Shown here piece after piece: positions 10,801 to 20,700 of a DNA stretch of 34,481 nt. The DNA comes from a bacterium (GTDB lineage Bacteria > SZUA-182 > DTGQ01 > JAFGSM01): NCBI GenBank assembly GCA_049472315.1, contig JBLIRN010000033.1, positions 1 through 34,481 of the forward strand, read 5' to 3'. The notes beneath the pieces are model-generated. The model did no database searches. It had not been told where the DNA came from and worked only from the letters and a program-made list of their open reading frames with translations. The position numbers were made by a program, and so were the translations under genes. Each line of letters begins with the position of its first letter. Within the stretch, counting starts at the first letter, position 1.

Positions 10801-11437
10801 GGCGCGCGCGCTTTGCCTGCCGATGGAGCGACTGCCGCTGGTTCTCAACCTCGGCCCTGATGTCCTGAATCCGTTCAAGGTTTCCCTTGGTCAATTCCAT
10901 CTTCTGCGCCGCCTCCCGCTTGCGTTCCTTGTACTTCAGGATGCCTGCCGCGGTTTCGATCAGGATCCGGCGCTCCTGCGGCTTCGCATTGATGATGAAA
11001 TCGATGTTTCCCTGCTCCACCGTGGAATAGACCCGCTTGCTCACCCCCCACTCCAGGAACAGGTCGGTGATGTCCTTGAGCCGGCATGTCTTGTTGTTCA
11101 GCAGGTATTCGCTATCCCCGGACCTGAACAGCCGCCGGGTGATTTGGACGTGGGGGCAATCGAGGGGAAGGGAGCCCAGATTATTCAATTCGAGGATGAT
11201 CTCCGCCATGCCGGAGGGCTTGCGGGAGGCGGTGCCGTTGAAGATGACATCCTCCATCTCCTTGCCCCTGAGGAAGCGGACATTCTGTTCGCCCAACACC
11301 CACCGGATGGCATCGGAGATATTGCTCTTACCGCATCCATTGGGTCCGACCACGGCGGTGAGACCGGGCTGGAATTCCAGTTCAACCTCATCGGCGAAGG
11401 ATTTGAAGCCCAGGATCTGTAACCTGTTAAGTCTCAT
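7844..11437 (-). CDS. smc: Chromosome segregation protein SMC
   Basis: MRLNRLQILGFKSFAD start (ATG 11437); Walker A GPNGCGKSN; long coiled coils with central hinge; signature LLSGGEK; Walker B/D-loop ILDEVDAPLD. Confidence 0.97.
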   Translation of the reverse strand: MRLNRLQILGFKSFADEVELEFQPGLTAVVGPNGCGKSNISDAIRWVLGEQNVRFLRGKEMEDVIFNGTASRKPSGMAEIILELNNLGSLPLDCPHVQITRRLFRSGDSEYLLNNKTCRLKDITDLFLEWGVSKRVYSTVEQGNIDFIINAKPQERRILIETAAGILKYKERKREAAQKMELTKGNLERIQDIRAEVENQRQSLHRQAKRARLYRTLCQQAGEKEERYLILRSRILRHHCERTSAGYQALADQEQEMLVRLRGREAELEAARLESTRLGSDFERLHKDLWERESEKRQMEKRMESLVQERQLREEALERCKRERDALGSRNEQGKKAVRDLEEQAARLNEELAAREEGRKGIEEERNTLMRQAKESQEGLEERRRSLAAARTRMSLVQNNLSHLRVRETELNKGIAEKSKAAGDASGHEERLKGEIGEARKKREVLAAQIKAAEDVCRGLNTEQEGISASLRDLSSRIEKQQEVCARLRHRKAHLEELEQRFEGYRSAVRHLLENGAARTIAHLISTEERYEHALESVLGDELQGIPYESRENALAMIRELRSGEKGKATFIPVSIERSSDIREVPPPLRSHPGFVGRLIDLVRFPEKYHHLFVRLLEDILIVKDFESGLDMERQNPAQWRFVSLSGDIIRPDGSLFGGGSEHPSGGLLSRAREIQEIGAQLAQESTSLDGLLTEQGRLSEARKECDRRIADLRAEIQRYDHRLRDADRDLRYQNGEVEGIDRRKKRLLSDIRQLEKDRAGLLQSITREEERERDIDKEITRIQGEIPAWEQSWGRVQKDQQALHQTYMDEGIALASLKERIRSFDRERKNAGLAHSERERDLDRVEREIQGIKARIEEINTECARLDTQIPRCRDMVIKQQEDLERVRGLFNQAKERVIDLEEGLKSIRRDLDEIRKHLKAREVEAAEWRTRLEELHKSFPACPEQGAASQEEIESHESEVKDLMARLDRLKERMQRFGSVNLAAIEEFQGVDERFQFLTRQTADLQNALDSLRSIIKEINATSRELFQDAFHQINGHFHAIFSRLFEGGQAELRLEEGMDCLEAGIHIVAQPPGKRLQRIDLLSGGEKALTALALMLAVYQLKPSPFCILDEVDAPLDETNVDRFVRLIQDMKEKTQFIIITHCKRTMMSVDSIYGITMETPGVSKIVSVRIDQAQDFYAASIPQKKEGFAEAVQ

Positions 11438-11564
11438 GAAATGACCCATGCGGGGGCAACGGGATTCAGGGACAGGGCGGTGCCCGTTGGTACGATTTCG
11501 CCGGTCATTCTATACATCCCGGATGCCCTGTAGCCGCCGACGACTGTGATTGACGCTCGCCGGT

Positions 11565-12746
11565 TCACCCTGCGAGGTCTTCAACCGCCTCCCTGATACG
11601 TTCCATCGCCCTCGCCAGCACCTCCATACCGGTTGCATAGGAAAGGCGGATATGGGAGGAGGAGCCGAATCCCTCGCCGGGAACGACCGCCACTTTTGCC
11701 CGATCAAGCAGGTACTCCACGAACCCCTGGGCGGCGGCGAACCGGGAGCCGAACAGACCTGATACGTTGGGGAAACAGTAAAAGGCGCCCTGGGGGAGCA
11801 TACAGGTGACCCCGGGGAGCGCCTGGAGCTGTCCAACAAGGAAATCCCTTCGTTTCTGAAATTCGGCCACCATGCGTGACACCTCCGACTGATCGCCGAT
11901 CAACGCCTCTATGGCGGCCTTCTGTGAGATGGACGTGGGATTGGAGGTTGTCTGGCTCTGTATGACGTTCATGGCCTTGATGACCCGCTCGGGTCCGGCC
12001 ACATACCCGATCCTCCATCCGGTCATGGAATAGGTCTTGGACACGGCGTTTACGGTGAGGGTCCGTTCCCTGATCTCCGGGGAGAGGGACGCCATGCTGT
12101 AGTGCACATTGCCGTCGTAGACCATGCGCTCATAACACTCATCGGAGATGATCACCAGATTGTGCCTGAGCGCGATCCCTGCGATGGCCTCCAGGGTCTT
12201 CTTGTCGTACATGGCCCCGGTGGGATTGGAGGGGGTGTTGACGATGATCCCCCTGGTGCGCGGGGTGATCCTCTCCTCCAGTGCCTCCGGCACAAGCATG
12301 AATCCGGTGGATTCATCCGTATGGAGCGTGACCGGGGTGGCATCCACCAGTCTGATCTGTTCCGGATAGCTCACCCAATACGGTGCCGGGATGATCACCT
12401 CGTCACCCTCCTCGAACAGGGCCAGGGCAATGTTGTAGAGGGAATGCTTGGCGCCGCAGGATACGATGACCTCGGATTCCTTGTAGGCCAAGCCGTTCTC
12501 CCTGGCCAGTTTTGTACATACGGCCTGTTTGAGCTCGGGTGTGCCCCCCGCTGGCGTATATTTGGTGAATCCTTCATTGATGGCCCGTATTGCCGCATCC
12601 TTGATGGTGACGGGGGTGTCAAAGTCGGGCTCACCGGCGCCCAGGCCGATGACATCGATCCCCTCCCGTTTCATCTGCTGGGCCTTTGCGTTGATCGCCA
12701 AGGTGGGGGAGGGGCTGATATGCTCCATGCGATGCGCGAGTTTCAT
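11565..12746 (-). CDS. aspC: Class I/II PLP-dependent aminotransferase (aspartate aminotransferase-like)
   Basis: GAGEPDF, NTPSNPTG, ISDECY and SKTYSMTGWRIGY (PLP lysine) motifs. Confidence 0.92.
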   Translation of the reverse strand: MKLAHRMEHISPSPTLAINAKAQQMKREGIDVIGLGAGEPDFDTPVTIKDAAIRAINEGFTKYTPAGGTPELKQAVCTKLARENGLAYKESEVIVSCGAKHSLYNIALALFEEGDEVIIPAPYWVSYPEQIRLVDATPVTLHTDESTGFMLVPEALEERITPRTRGIIVNTPSNPTGAMYDKKTLEAIAGIALRHNLVIISDECYERMVYDGNVHYSMASLSPEIRERTLTVNAVSKTYSMTGWRIGYVAGPERVIKAMNVIQSQTTSNPTSISQKAAIEALIGDQSEVSRMVAEFQKRRDFLVGQLQALPGVTCMLPQGAFYCFPNVSGLFGSRFAAAQGFVEYLLDRAKVAVVPGEGFGSSSHIRLSYATGMEVLARAMERIREAVEDLAG

Positions 12747-13240
12747 GGCTTTCCCTTATCCTTTTGATAGAGGCGTTTCAGTCGTTCGGCCACCCCCGGC
12801 GGGACCATGGTGTCGATATTCCCGCCGAATTGGGCCAGTTCCTTGACAATGCTCGAGCTGAGGTAGATGTGATTCTCGTCCGGCATCATGAATACCGTCT
12901 CGATGTGCTCGTCCTGCTTCCGGTTCACCAGGGCCATCTGAAGCTCGTATTCAAAATCGGATACCGCCCGAAGCCCGCGGATGATCACCTGGGCATTGTG
13001 CGTGTGCACGCAATCCACCAGCAGGGAATTGAAGGAGACCACCTCAACGTCGGGGCACTCGTGAACCGCCTCCCGTATCATGGAAAGCCGCTCCTCGATC
13101 CCGAAGGAGGGCGTCTTGAGAGGATTCTCCGCAACGGCGACGATGAGTGTATGAAACAGCAGGTTTCCCCTGACGATCAGATCCAGGTGGCCGTTGGTGA
13201 TTGGATCGAAGGTTCCCGGATAGATGGCGCGAATATTCAT
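12743..13240 (-). CDS. coaD: Pantetheine-phosphate adenylyltransferase
   Basis: YPGTFDPITNGHLD, RGLRAVSDFEYE and SSSIVKE motifs; follows rsmD as usual. Confidence 0.97.
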   Translation of the reverse strand: MNIRAIYPGTFDPITNGHLDLIVRGNLLFHTLIVAVAENPLKTPSFGIEERLSMIREAVHECPDVEVVSFNSLLVDCVHTHNAQVIIRGLRAVSDFEYELQMALVNRKQDEHIETVFMMPDENHIYLSSSIVKELAQFGGNIDTMVPPGVAERLKRLYQKDKGKP

Positions 13241-13801
13241 CTATACCTCGATGCAGTGAAAAAGGGTGATCGCGGTGTCGCCGAATCGATACTCCTTATG
13301 TCTGACAAGCCCCGAGACGCCGTCGGAAACCGGCCTCTTGGCAGCGTGTTCAACGAGCACCCGCGTGCCCGGCAGGAGAAGATCCCCCGACGGGATGGCA
13401 GCGAGGACATCGGTGACGAGGTCGGAGCCGTACGGCGGGTCCATGAATATGACCTCAAACCGGCGCTGGCGGTTGCCGAGGGTGCTGATGGCCTGGAGGG
13501 CGTCGCACTGCATGATCTCGACGTTCTGCTCGAACCCGCACCGAAGAAGGTTCTCCTTCAGCAGATCGATGGCCGATGATCGGCTGTCCACGAATACCGC
13601 GGCCCGGGCCCCCCGGCTCAGCGCCTCGATACCCACGGCACCGGTTCCGCAAAAAAGGTCCAAAAACCGCGCCTCAAGGATATCCGGCCCGATGATGTCG
13701 AACACCGCCTCCCTCACCTTATCGGAGGTGGGCCTGAGCCCGGAGGCGCCAAAGGGGGTCTTGAGCTTTCTCCCCTTTGCGCTGCCTGCGATCACCCGCA
13801 T
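13241..13801 (-). CDS. rsmD: 16S rRNA m2G966 methyltransferase
   Basis: MRVIAGSAKGRKL, RPTSDKVREAVF, LDLFCGTGAVGIEALSRGA, DPPY; start placed at ATG 13801. Confidence 0.95.
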   Translation of the reverse strand: MRVIAGSAKGRKLKTPFGASGLRPTSDKVREAVFDIIGPDILEARFLDLFCGTGAVGIEALSRGARAAVFVDSRSSAIDLLKENLLRCGFEQNVEIMQCDALQAISTLGNRQRRFEVIFMDPPYGSDLVTDVLAAIPSGDLLLPGTRVLVEHAAKRPVSDGVSGLVRHKEYRFGDTAITLFHCIEV

Positions 13802-13866
13802 CGATTCCCTTCCCCCCATCCTGCCGACGCCTCCGTATGCCTCACCAATGTCTGCGGGGCGTATAG

Positions 13867-16602
13867 TTATTCCGCCGCCCCTTGCTTCTCCTTGATCTTT
13901 GCCTGGGCCGCCGCCAACCGGGCAATGGGAACCCGGAAGGGTGAGCAGCTCACGTAGTCGAGGTTTGCCCGGTGGCAGAATTCAACGGACCGAGGCTCAC
14001 CGCCATGCTCGCCGCAGATGCCGATCTTGAGCGACTGCCTGGTCTTTCTGCCCCGCTCCACCCCCATCTCCACCAGTTGGCCGACCCCTTCCTGATCAAG
14101 CGATATGAACGGATCGTGGGGGAGTATCCCCTTCTCCACATATCCCGGCAGGAAGACACCGGCATCATCCCTGGAAAAACCGAAGGTCATCTGGGTGAGG
14201 TCATTGGTGCCGAAGGAGAAGAATTCCGCCTCCTGCGCAATGCGGTCGGCGGTCAGGGCGGCCCTGGGGATCTCGATCATGGTGCCGATAAGGTAGGTAA
14301 ACTTCACCCCATAGTCGGCCATCACCTTCTCCGCCACCTGTATGGAGGATTTTTTGATCATGGCAAGTTCCTCCACCGTGCCGATGAGGGGGATCATCAC
14401 CTCCGGTACGATGGCAAAGCCCTTCTTGGTCAGCTCGCAGGCCGCCTCGAAGATGGCCCGCACCTGCATGTCGTATATCTCCGGATAGGTGACCCCGAGC
14501 CGGCACCCGCGGTGCCCCAGCATGGGGTTCATCTCGTGCAGGGATTCCACATTCTCAAGTATCTTCTCCTTTGCATGGATCTTGAAGAGGATCGTGTCGA
14601 TCTCCTCCAGGTTCTTCGCATCCCTGAGTTCCATCTTCAGATCCGCGATCTCCTTCACCAGTTCCTCCCTCCTGGGGAGGAATTCGTGCAGGGGGGGGTC
14701 GAGCAGACGGATGGTCACCGGCAGGTCCTTCATCGCCTCGAAGATGCCCACGAAATCCTCCTTCTGCATGGGAAGAAGCTTGTCCAGCGCCTTCAACCGG
14801 GCATCCTTGGACTTGGCCATGATCATCTCCTGCACATAGGGGAGCCTGTCCTCGCCGAAAAACATGTGCTCCGTCCTGCACAGGCCGATCCCCTCCGCGC
14901 CGAAATCGCGGGCCACCCGGGCATCCTTGGGGGTATCGGCGTTGGTCCTGACCTTGAGCCTTCGCGCCTCATCGGCCCACGACATGAGCGTGCCGAAATC
15001 CCCGCTCAATGCAGGCTCAACCAGAGGGACCTTATCCAGGATCACCTCGCCGGTGGAGCCGTTCAGGCTGATAAAGTCTCCCTCGTGGATGACCCTGCCG
15101 TTGACGGTCAACTGGGCGCGCTCCTCGCTGATCACCAGGGGAGTGCATCCCGCAACGCAGCATTTGCCCATGCCGCGGGCCACCACTGCCGCATGGGAGG
15201 TCATGCCGCCGCGGGCGGTGAGAATCCCTTTTGCCACATGCATGCCGCCGATATCCTCGGGCGAGGTCTCATTGCGCACCAGGATCACCGGCTCACCCTC
15301 CCCCGCCTTCGTGATGGCATCCTCGGCAGTGAACACCACCTTGCCCACCGCCGCGCCGGGGGAGGCAGGAAGCCCCTTGGCCAGCACCGTGACCTTGGCC
15401 TTGGGATCGATCATGGGATGCAGGAGCTGATTGAGCTGTTCGGGCTCCACCCGCATCACCGCCGTCTCCTTGTCGATGAGCCCCTCCTTCATCATATCCA
15501 CAGCGATCTTTACGGCAGCGCGCGCGGTCCTCTTGCCGGTCCTGGTCTGCAGGAGAAAGAGTTTTCCCTTCTGGATGGTGAATTCCAGGTCCTGCATGTC
15601 CTTGTAGTGGTTCTCCAACTTCTTGTATATAACCTCAAGCTCCTTGTAGACCTTCGGCATCTCCTCCTCCAGGGAGGGGAGTGTGGAGCCCTTCTTCTGC
15701 GCCTTGTTGATGGGCTGCGGGGTGCGGATGCCGGCAACCACGTCCTCGCCCTGCGCGTTCATGAGATACTCACCGAAGAAGACCTTCTCCCCGGTGGCGG
15801 GATCGCGGGTGAAGGCGACCCCGGTGCCCGAATCCTCACCCAGGTTTCCGTATACCATGGCCTGCACGTTCACCGCAGTCCCCCAGTGGTGGGGTATGTT
15901 ATTGATCTTCCGGTAGGTGATGGCGCGTTCGTTGTGCCAGGACTTGAACACCGCACCTATGGCCATCTCCAACTGTCTTTTGGGATCCTGGGGAAAGTTC
16001 TCCATGGTCTCCCTCTCCACCAGGTCCTTGTACCGCTCTGCCACATCCTTGAGCGCATCCGCATCCAACTCCGTATCCAGCGTGACGCCCAGATCGTCCT
16101 TCTTCTGCTGGAGGATCTTCTCGAATTTTTCGTGCTTCAGGCCCAGGACCACATCTCCGAACATGTTGATGAAACGGCGATAGCTGTCGTAGGCAAAGCG
16201 GGCGCTCCCGCTCTGCTTGACCAGCCCCTTGATGGTCTGATCGTTCAGGCCGAGATTCAGGACGGTATCCATCATACCGGGCATGGATTTTCTGGCGCCG
16301 CTGCGCACGGAGACCAGCAGGGGATTTTCGGGGTCCCCGAATTTCGCACCCATGGCCTTCTCTACCTTCTTCAGGTTTTCTTCCACCTCTTCCACCATGC
16401 CGGCGGGAAATCTCTTGTTGTTGTTGTAGTATTCAATGCACACATCGGTGGTGATGGTGAAGCCGGCAGGGACCGTGATGCCCACATTGGTCATCTCGTG
16501 CAGGTTGGCCCCCTTGCCGCCCAGAAGGTTCTTCATGTCGGCGCGTCCTTCCGCCTTGCCGTCACCGAAGAAATAGACCATCTTATTTTTATCCGCTGCC
16601 AT
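13867..16602 (-). CDS. ppdK: Pyruvate, phosphate dikinase
   Basis: [30 protein letters not shown] (phospho-His), [29 protein letters not shown]. Confidence 0.98.
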   Translation of the reverse strand: MAADKNKMVYFFGDGKAEGRADMKNLLGGKGANLHEMTNVGITVPAGFTITTDVCIEYYNNNKRFPAGMVEEVEENLKKVEKAMGAKFGDPENPLLVSVRSGARKSMPGMMDTVLNLGLNDQTIKGLVKQSGSARFAYDSYRRFINMFGDVVLGLKHEKFEKILQQKKDDLGVTLDTELDADALKDVAERYKDLVERETMENFPQDPKRQLEMAIGAVFKSWHNERAITYRKINNIPHHWGTAVNVQAMVYGNLGEDSGTGVAFTRDPATGEKVFFGEYLMNAQGEDVVAGIRTPQPINKAQKKGSTLPSLEEEMPKVYKELEVIYKKLENHYKDMQDLEFTIQKGKLFLLQTRTGKRTARAAVKIAVDMMKEGLIDKETAVMRVEPEQLNQLLHPMIDPKAKVTVLAKGLPASPGAAVGKVVFTAEDAITKAGEGEPVILVRNETSPEDIGGMHVAKGILTARGGMTSHAAVVARGMGKCCVAGCTPLVISEERAQLTVNGRVIHEGDFISLNGSTGEVILDKVPLVEPALSGDFGTLMSWADEARRLKVRTNADTPKDARVARDFGAEGIGLCRTEHMFFGEDRLPYVQEMIMAKSKDARLKALDKLLPMQKEDFVGIFEAMKDLPVTIRLLDPPLHEFLPRREELVKEIADLKMELRDAKNLEEIDTILFKIHAKEKILENVESLHEMNPMLGHRGCRLGVTYPEIYDMQVRAIFEAACELTKKGFAIVPEVMIPLIGTVEELAMIKKSSIQVAEKVMADYGVKFTYLIGTMIEIPRAALTADRIAQEAEFFSFGTNDLTQMTFGFSRDDAGVFLPGYVEKGILPHDPFISLDQEGVGQLVEMGVERGRKTRQSLKIGICGEHGGEPRSVEFCHRANLDYVSCSPFRVPIARLAAAQAKIKEKQGAAE

Positions 16603-16635
16603 ATAAAACCCCCTTTCAAGGCCTCATTTTTTTTC

Positions 16636-18747
16636 TTAGCCTTGTTCCTGAACGATCTTTGAAAAATCGGCGATTCTGAGGAAAATGGTTCCGATGGAGG
16701 ATAGGAGGGCGAGCCGGTTCTCTTTCACTTCCGCCCTCTTATCCATGACCAGGACCTGATCGAAAAATGCATCTATGGGCTCCCTGAGTGCGACCATGGC
16801 CTCCAGGGCATCAAGGTATTCGCCGCGTCCGATCTTCCCGCGCAACTCCTCCTCCAATCCCTTGAATGCGGCGTACAATCTTTTTTCCGCGTCCTCCACG
16901 AACAAATCGGTGTTCAGGGATGGAAGCCGGTGGGCGTCCTTGGGAAGGATGTTGATCACCCGTTTGAAGGGCGTCAGGATGGCGCCGAAGCTCTCCTCGG
17001 CGCGGAATTTGGTGAGGGCATCCAGCCTCTTCTGCATGACGATGGGATGGGCGTTCTCCGCGTCAAGCACCGCATTGATAAGGTCATAGGCGTAGCCCTG
17101 TGCAATGAAATAGTTGTTCAGCCTCTGTATGAGAAATGCATGGAGCCTTTGAGACGCCTCCTCCCCTTTCCCGGGATCCGCAGCGCCAAAGGGACGCAAC
17201 CCCTCATCCACAAATCCCTGCCAGGGGAAGACCAGGCCCTGATCGATCACGATCTGGATCATGCCCTGCACCTGCCGCCGCAGGGCATGAGGATCCTCGG
17301 AACCGGTGGGGACGAGCCCCAGGAAAAAGCATCCGGCAATGGTATCCATCTTGTCCGCAAGGCTGAGGATCGCCCCGGTCAGGGACGTGGGCAGTTCATC
17401 CCCGGCAAAGCGCGGCAGATAGTGTTCGTAGATCGCCTGCGCAACCTCCTCCGGTTCATTGGAGCGCTGTGCATACTCCCTGCCCATGACGCCCTGCAGC
17501 TCTGGAAACTCCCCCACCATCTCGGTCACCAGATCGCACTTGCACAGGAGTGCGGCCCGCTCCAGGGAACGCACGAGGTCGCCCCGCTGTTTCCGGTCGA
17601 GGTCAGGCGCATCGAGATGCTCAGCCAGATAGCGGGAGAGGTCCTTGATCCGCATGACCTTATCATAAAGGCTGCCGAGCTGTTCCTGGAACACCACGTG
17701 CTTGAGGCCCTCAACACGATCCGAAAGCGGCCTCTTCGTATCCTCGTCGAGGAAGAACGCGGCATCCGTCAATCGCGCCCTGAGCACCCGTTCATTTCCC
17801 GCAATCACCACCTGCGAATCATTCACAGGGGTATTGCTGATGGTAATGAACCGGGGAAGCAGGCGGCCGCGTGCATCGGTCAGGCAAAAGTATTTCTGAT
17901 GATCCCTCATGCTGGTCACCAGGACCTCCTCCGGAAGCCGGAGAAAGGAGGGGGCAAATGAGCCGCACAGGGCAATGGGCCATTCCACAAGGTGGGTGAC
18001 CTCCTGGAGGAGATCGCGGTCATCCCTGAGCCTCCCGCCGGCCTTCTCCGCCTCCTTGCCGGACTGGTCCAGGATCATCCCCGTGCGCCGCTCAGGGTCC
18101 ACGATCACATGCCCCTTCTCCAGACGCTCCAGGTAGGAGGAAAAATCCTGCACCGTGATCGGATCGGGGTGCAGAAAACGGTGGCCCCTGGTGGTTGCAC
18201 CGCTTTCAATCCCGTCGATGCTGAAGGGAACCACCTCCCCGCCGAACAGGGCGCAAATCCAGTGGATGGGCCGCGCAAACCTGAGGGTGCCCTCACCCCA
18301 CCGCATGTTCTTGGGAAAGCCGAGGGAGGTGATCCAGGCGGGGATGAGCGCGGGGAGCAACTCGGCAGTCGGCCTGCCCGGGTCCCGCTTTTCCACCACC
18401 AGGTATTCCCCCTTGCCGGGGATCTCCTCCGTGCGCAGTTCCTCGATCCCCACCCCCTGATTCCGGGCAAATCCCACGGCAGCATTGGTGGGTTTCCCCT
18501 CCTTGTCATAGGCGACCCGCGCCGGCGGCCCCACCGCCTTGAGGAGATGCTCCTCCTGGTGGACGGCGACATCTGTGACACAGGTGACGAGTCTCCTGGG
18601 TGTGCACATGGTCACAACGGATGCGAACGGGATGCGGTGGGAGCGCAGGGCCTCCTCCATGCGTTCCCGCATCTGGGCGAGGGTAGGCCCGCTGAACCGG
18701 GCGGGGATCTCCTCGGTGCCGATCTCTATGAGCAGTTCCTTCACCAT
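16636..18747 (-). CDS. glyS: Glycine--tRNA ligase beta subunit
   Basis: Start at [15 protein letters not shown] (ATG 18747 or GTG 18750, overlapping the glyQ stop); MRWG, GNERVLRARLTDA, EFPELQGVMG, PTGSEDP, NRLALL motifs. Confidence 0.96.
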   Translation of the reverse strand: MVKELLIEIGTEEIPARFSGPTLAQMRERMEEALRSHRIPFASVVTMCTPRRLVTCVTDVAVHQEEHLLKAVGPPARVAYDKEGKPTNAAVGFARNQGVGIEELRTEEIPGKGEYLVVEKRDPGRPTAELLPALIPAWITSLGFPKNMRWGEGTLRFARPIHWICALFGGEVVPFSIDGIESGATTRGHRFLHPDPITVQDFSSYLERLEKGHVIVDPERRTGMILDQSGKEAEKAGGRLRDDRDLLQEVTHLVEWPIALCGSFAPSFLRLPEEVLVTSMRDHQKYFCLTDARGRLLPRFITISNTPVNDSQVVIAGNERVLRARLTDAAFFLDEDTKRPLSDRVEGLKHVVFQEQLGSLYDKVMRIKDLSRYLAEHLDAPDLDRKQRGDLVRSLERAALLCKCDLVTEMVGEFPELQGVMGREYAQRSNEPEEVAQAIYEHYLPRFAGDELPTSLTGAILSLADKMDTIAGCFFLGLVPTGSEDPHALRRQVQGMIQIVIDQGLVFPWQGFVDEGLRPFGAADPGKGEEASQRLHAFLIQRLNNYFIAQGYAYDLINAVLDAENAHPIVMQKRLDALTKFRAEESFGAILTPFKRVINILPKDAHRLPSLNTDLFVEDAEKRLYAAFKGLEEELRGKIGRGEYLDALEAMVALREPIDAFFDQVLVMDKRAEVKENRLALLSSIGTIFLRIADFSKIVQEQG

Positions 18748-19619
18748 CACTGCCCCGCCTCCCCGGGGGAATCCATCCCCAGGTATTTCCTGGTGCATTC
18801 CCTGGCCAGACGTCTCACCCGGGCGATATACCCGGTCCGCTCCGTCACGCTGATCGCTCCGCGGGCATCGAGCAGGTTGAAGGTATGGGAACACTTGAGG
18901 CAGAAATCATAGGCAGGCAGCACAAGGTTCACGGCAAGGAGGTTCAGGCATTCCTGTTCATACATGGAAAACCATTGCTGAAGCGCCTGCACATCCGCCT
19001 TTTCAAAGTTATAGGTGGAGTACTGCACCTCCGTGTCGTGATGGATCTCACCGTAGCGGACCCCCTCGGTCCACACCAGGTCGAAGACATTGTCCACCCC
19101 CTGCAGGTACATGGCGATCCGCTCCAGTCCGTAGGTAAGCTCTACGGTTATCGGGTGCAGGTCAACACCGCCCACCTGCTGGAAATACGTAAACTGGGTT
19201 ATCTCCATTCCATCCAGCCAGACCTCCCAGCCGAGCCCCCATGCACCAAGGGTTGGTGACTCCCAGTCGTCCTCCACGAACCGGATATCGTGCTCGCGGG
19301 GATTGATGCCCAGAAATTTGAGGCTGTCCAGGTACATGGTCTGGACCTCCAGTGGGGAGGGCTTGATGATGACCTGGTATTGATAGTAGTGCTGGAGCCT
19401 GTTCGGGTTCTCCCCGTATCGACCGTCCGTGGGACGGCGGGAGGGCTGCACATAGGCGACCCTCCATGGATCGGGCCCGAGGCAGCGCAGGAAGGTGGCC
19501 GGGTGGAAGGTCCCTGCCCCGACCTCAAGGTCATAGGGCTGCTGCAGCACACACCCCTGATCAGACCAGAAATGCTGAAGGGAAAGGATGATGGACTGGA
19601 AAGAATTCTTCTGCCCCAT
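18747..19619 (-). CDS. glyQ: Glycine--tRNA ligase alpha subunit
   Basis: [70 protein letters not shown]. Confidence 0.98.
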   Translation of the reverse strand: MGQKNSFQSIILSLQHFWSDQGCVLQQPYDLEVGAGTFHPATFLRCLGPDPWRVAYVQPSRRPTDGRYGENPNRLQHYYQYQVIIKPSPLEVQTMYLDSLKFLGINPREHDIRFVEDDWESPTLGAWGLGWEVWLDGMEITQFTYFQQVGGVDLHPITVELTYGLERIAMYLQGVDNVFDLVWTEGVRYGEIHHDTEVQYSTYNFEKADVQALQQWFSMYEQECLNLLAVNLVLPAYDFCLKCSHTFNLLDARGAISVTERTGYIARVRRLARECTRKYLGMDSPGEAGQ

Positions 19620-19722
19620 GAAACTCCACTGATCGTATACTCTTTTGGTTTATCGTTCTGAGGATCCCACCTACTCTAAATGATACCCGTCAAATATGCA
19701 AGAGTAGGGCTTTGAATTGAAA

Positions 19723-19751
19723 ACTATATCAAAATGGCGCCTTGATGTCAA
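19723..19751 (-). promoter_or_regulatory. Sigma-70-type promoter for glyQS
   Basis: TTGACA (19751-19746), 17-nt spacer, TATAGT (19728-19723), with an extended -10 TG motif. Confidence 0.7.
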
Positions 19752-19821
19752 TTGGCTGAGGAGGGAAAGTTCCACTAATACGCGTTTTGCCTTCGGTCAT
19801 AGTGGAAAGACAAAATGCCCC

Positions 19822-19860
19822 TTGACATATGCGTACTTATTTGCTACCTTTTATACGTAC
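19822..19860 (+). promoter_or_regulatory. Promoter/operator of the DUF6364-PIN TA operon
   Basis: TTGACA (19822-27), 17 nt, TACCTT (19845-50) with TGn extension; direct repeats TATGCGTAC (19828-36) and TATACGTAC (19852-60). Confidence 0.6.
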
Positions 19861-19874
19861 AAGGAGAATTAAAT

Positions 19875-20123
19875 ATGGTTACAAAACTTACCCTAAAGCT
19901 TGATAAAGAGGCCATTGAACGAGCCAAAAGGTATGCGGGACGAAGGCGTATGAGCCTGTCAAAGATCGTTGAACGATATTTCAAATCACTGGTTGATGAG
20001 GAAAAAATCGAAAAGGCAGGGTATCCGCCCCTTGTAAAAGAGCTGTCAGGGATTATCGATCTTAAGGGTGATGCGGATATACAGGATGAATACACCAACT
20101 ATCTGATTGATAAGTATAAATAG
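19875..20123 (+). CDS. Antitoxin, DUF6364-like ribbon-helix-helix family
   Basis: AAGGAG SD before ATG 19875; MVTKLTLKLDKEAIERAKRYA...SLSKIVERYF...LVKELSGII pattern; directly upstream of a PIN gene. Confidence 0.8.
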   Translation: MVTKLTLKLDKEAIERAKRYAGRRRMSLSKIVERYFKSLVDEEKIEKAGYPPLVKELSGIIDLKGDADIQDEYTNYLIDKYK

Positions 20124-20575
20124 TGGACAACATATACATCGATTCGGATATTATCTTAGACCTCTTGGGGAAAAGGGAACCCTTTTTCCCTCACGCCGCC
20201 AAACTCTTTTCTTTAGTGGATTCGGGTGAGATTACGGCCTATGTTTCGCCATTGATATTCTCGAATATTTATTACATATTACGCAAGTTGCTATCGAAAG
20301 AAAAGGCAATCAAGGGCCTTCACAAGCTGAAATTACTGGTCAAGGTACTCCCTATCGATGATAAGATAATAGAATTGGCCCTTGTTTCCGAATTCAACGA
20401 CTTCGAGGATGCCATACACTACTATACGGCAAAAGAGAATGGCATCTATTATCTTATAACACGCAATAAGAAGGACTATAAAAAGACCGACCTTATTGTG
20501 TGTACTGCCGAGGAATATTTAAGGATCAGGGAAGGCAAGAAGGACAATACCGGCTCCGACGTTGGTTCCAAATGA
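20123..20575 (+). CDS. PIN-domain (VapC-like) toxin
   Basis: IYIDSDIILD, DFEDA and ITRNKKD acidic PIN motifs; GTG start overlaps the antitoxin TAG. Confidence 0.88.
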   Translation: MDNIYIDSDIILDLLGKREPFFPHAAKLFSLVDSGEITAYVSPLIFSNIYYILRKLLSKEKAIKGLHKLKLLVKVLPIDDKIIELALVSEFNDFEDAIHYYTAKENGIYYLITRNKKDYKKTDLIVCTAEEYLRIREGKKDNTGSDVGSK

Positions 20576-20606
20576 ATTCAGCCGCCTTGATGTAATGTAA
20601 GGCGGG

Positions 20607-20694
20607 ATAAAAAGAGATCATGGGGACCCGACGCAGGGCAGGAGATTTTTTTCGCCAGGTCCCCATGAATTGAGGCGTGGGAAAGCGCCTCTGT
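20607..20694 (-). ncRNA. Candidate small RNA (two hairpins, ending in an intrinsic terminator)
   Basis: Upstream promoter-like element at 20701-20729; 6-bp hairpin GAGGCG/CGCCUC; 16-bp stem (20653-68 with 20618-33) fully paired only on the minus strand via two G-U pairs; followed by UCUCUUUUU. Confidence 0.45.
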
Positions 20695-20700
20695 AATTAT

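Noticed and set aside
14540..14680. Longer helical segment in PpdK between LHEFLP and NPMLG as an intein or novel insertion
   Set aside because: Short, has no splicing motifs, and lies in a region known to vary in length among PPDKs.
13972..16662. 896-aa plus-strand ORF, and similar long antisense ORFs (4158-5645, 8624-10012, 10154-11422, 21503-22528, 27282-28487, 30888-32153)
   Set aside because: They mirror well-supported genes on the other strand, as expected from codon bias in GC-rich DNA; no motifs.
18750..18894. N-terminal extension of GlyS in the ORF track
   Set aside because: Overlaps glyQ; the conserved GlyS N-terminus begins at 18747-18750.
19620..19722. T-box riboswitch upstream of glyQS
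   Set aside because: The leader is only about 100 nt, with no GGUGG.ACCGCG T-box motif and no terminator.
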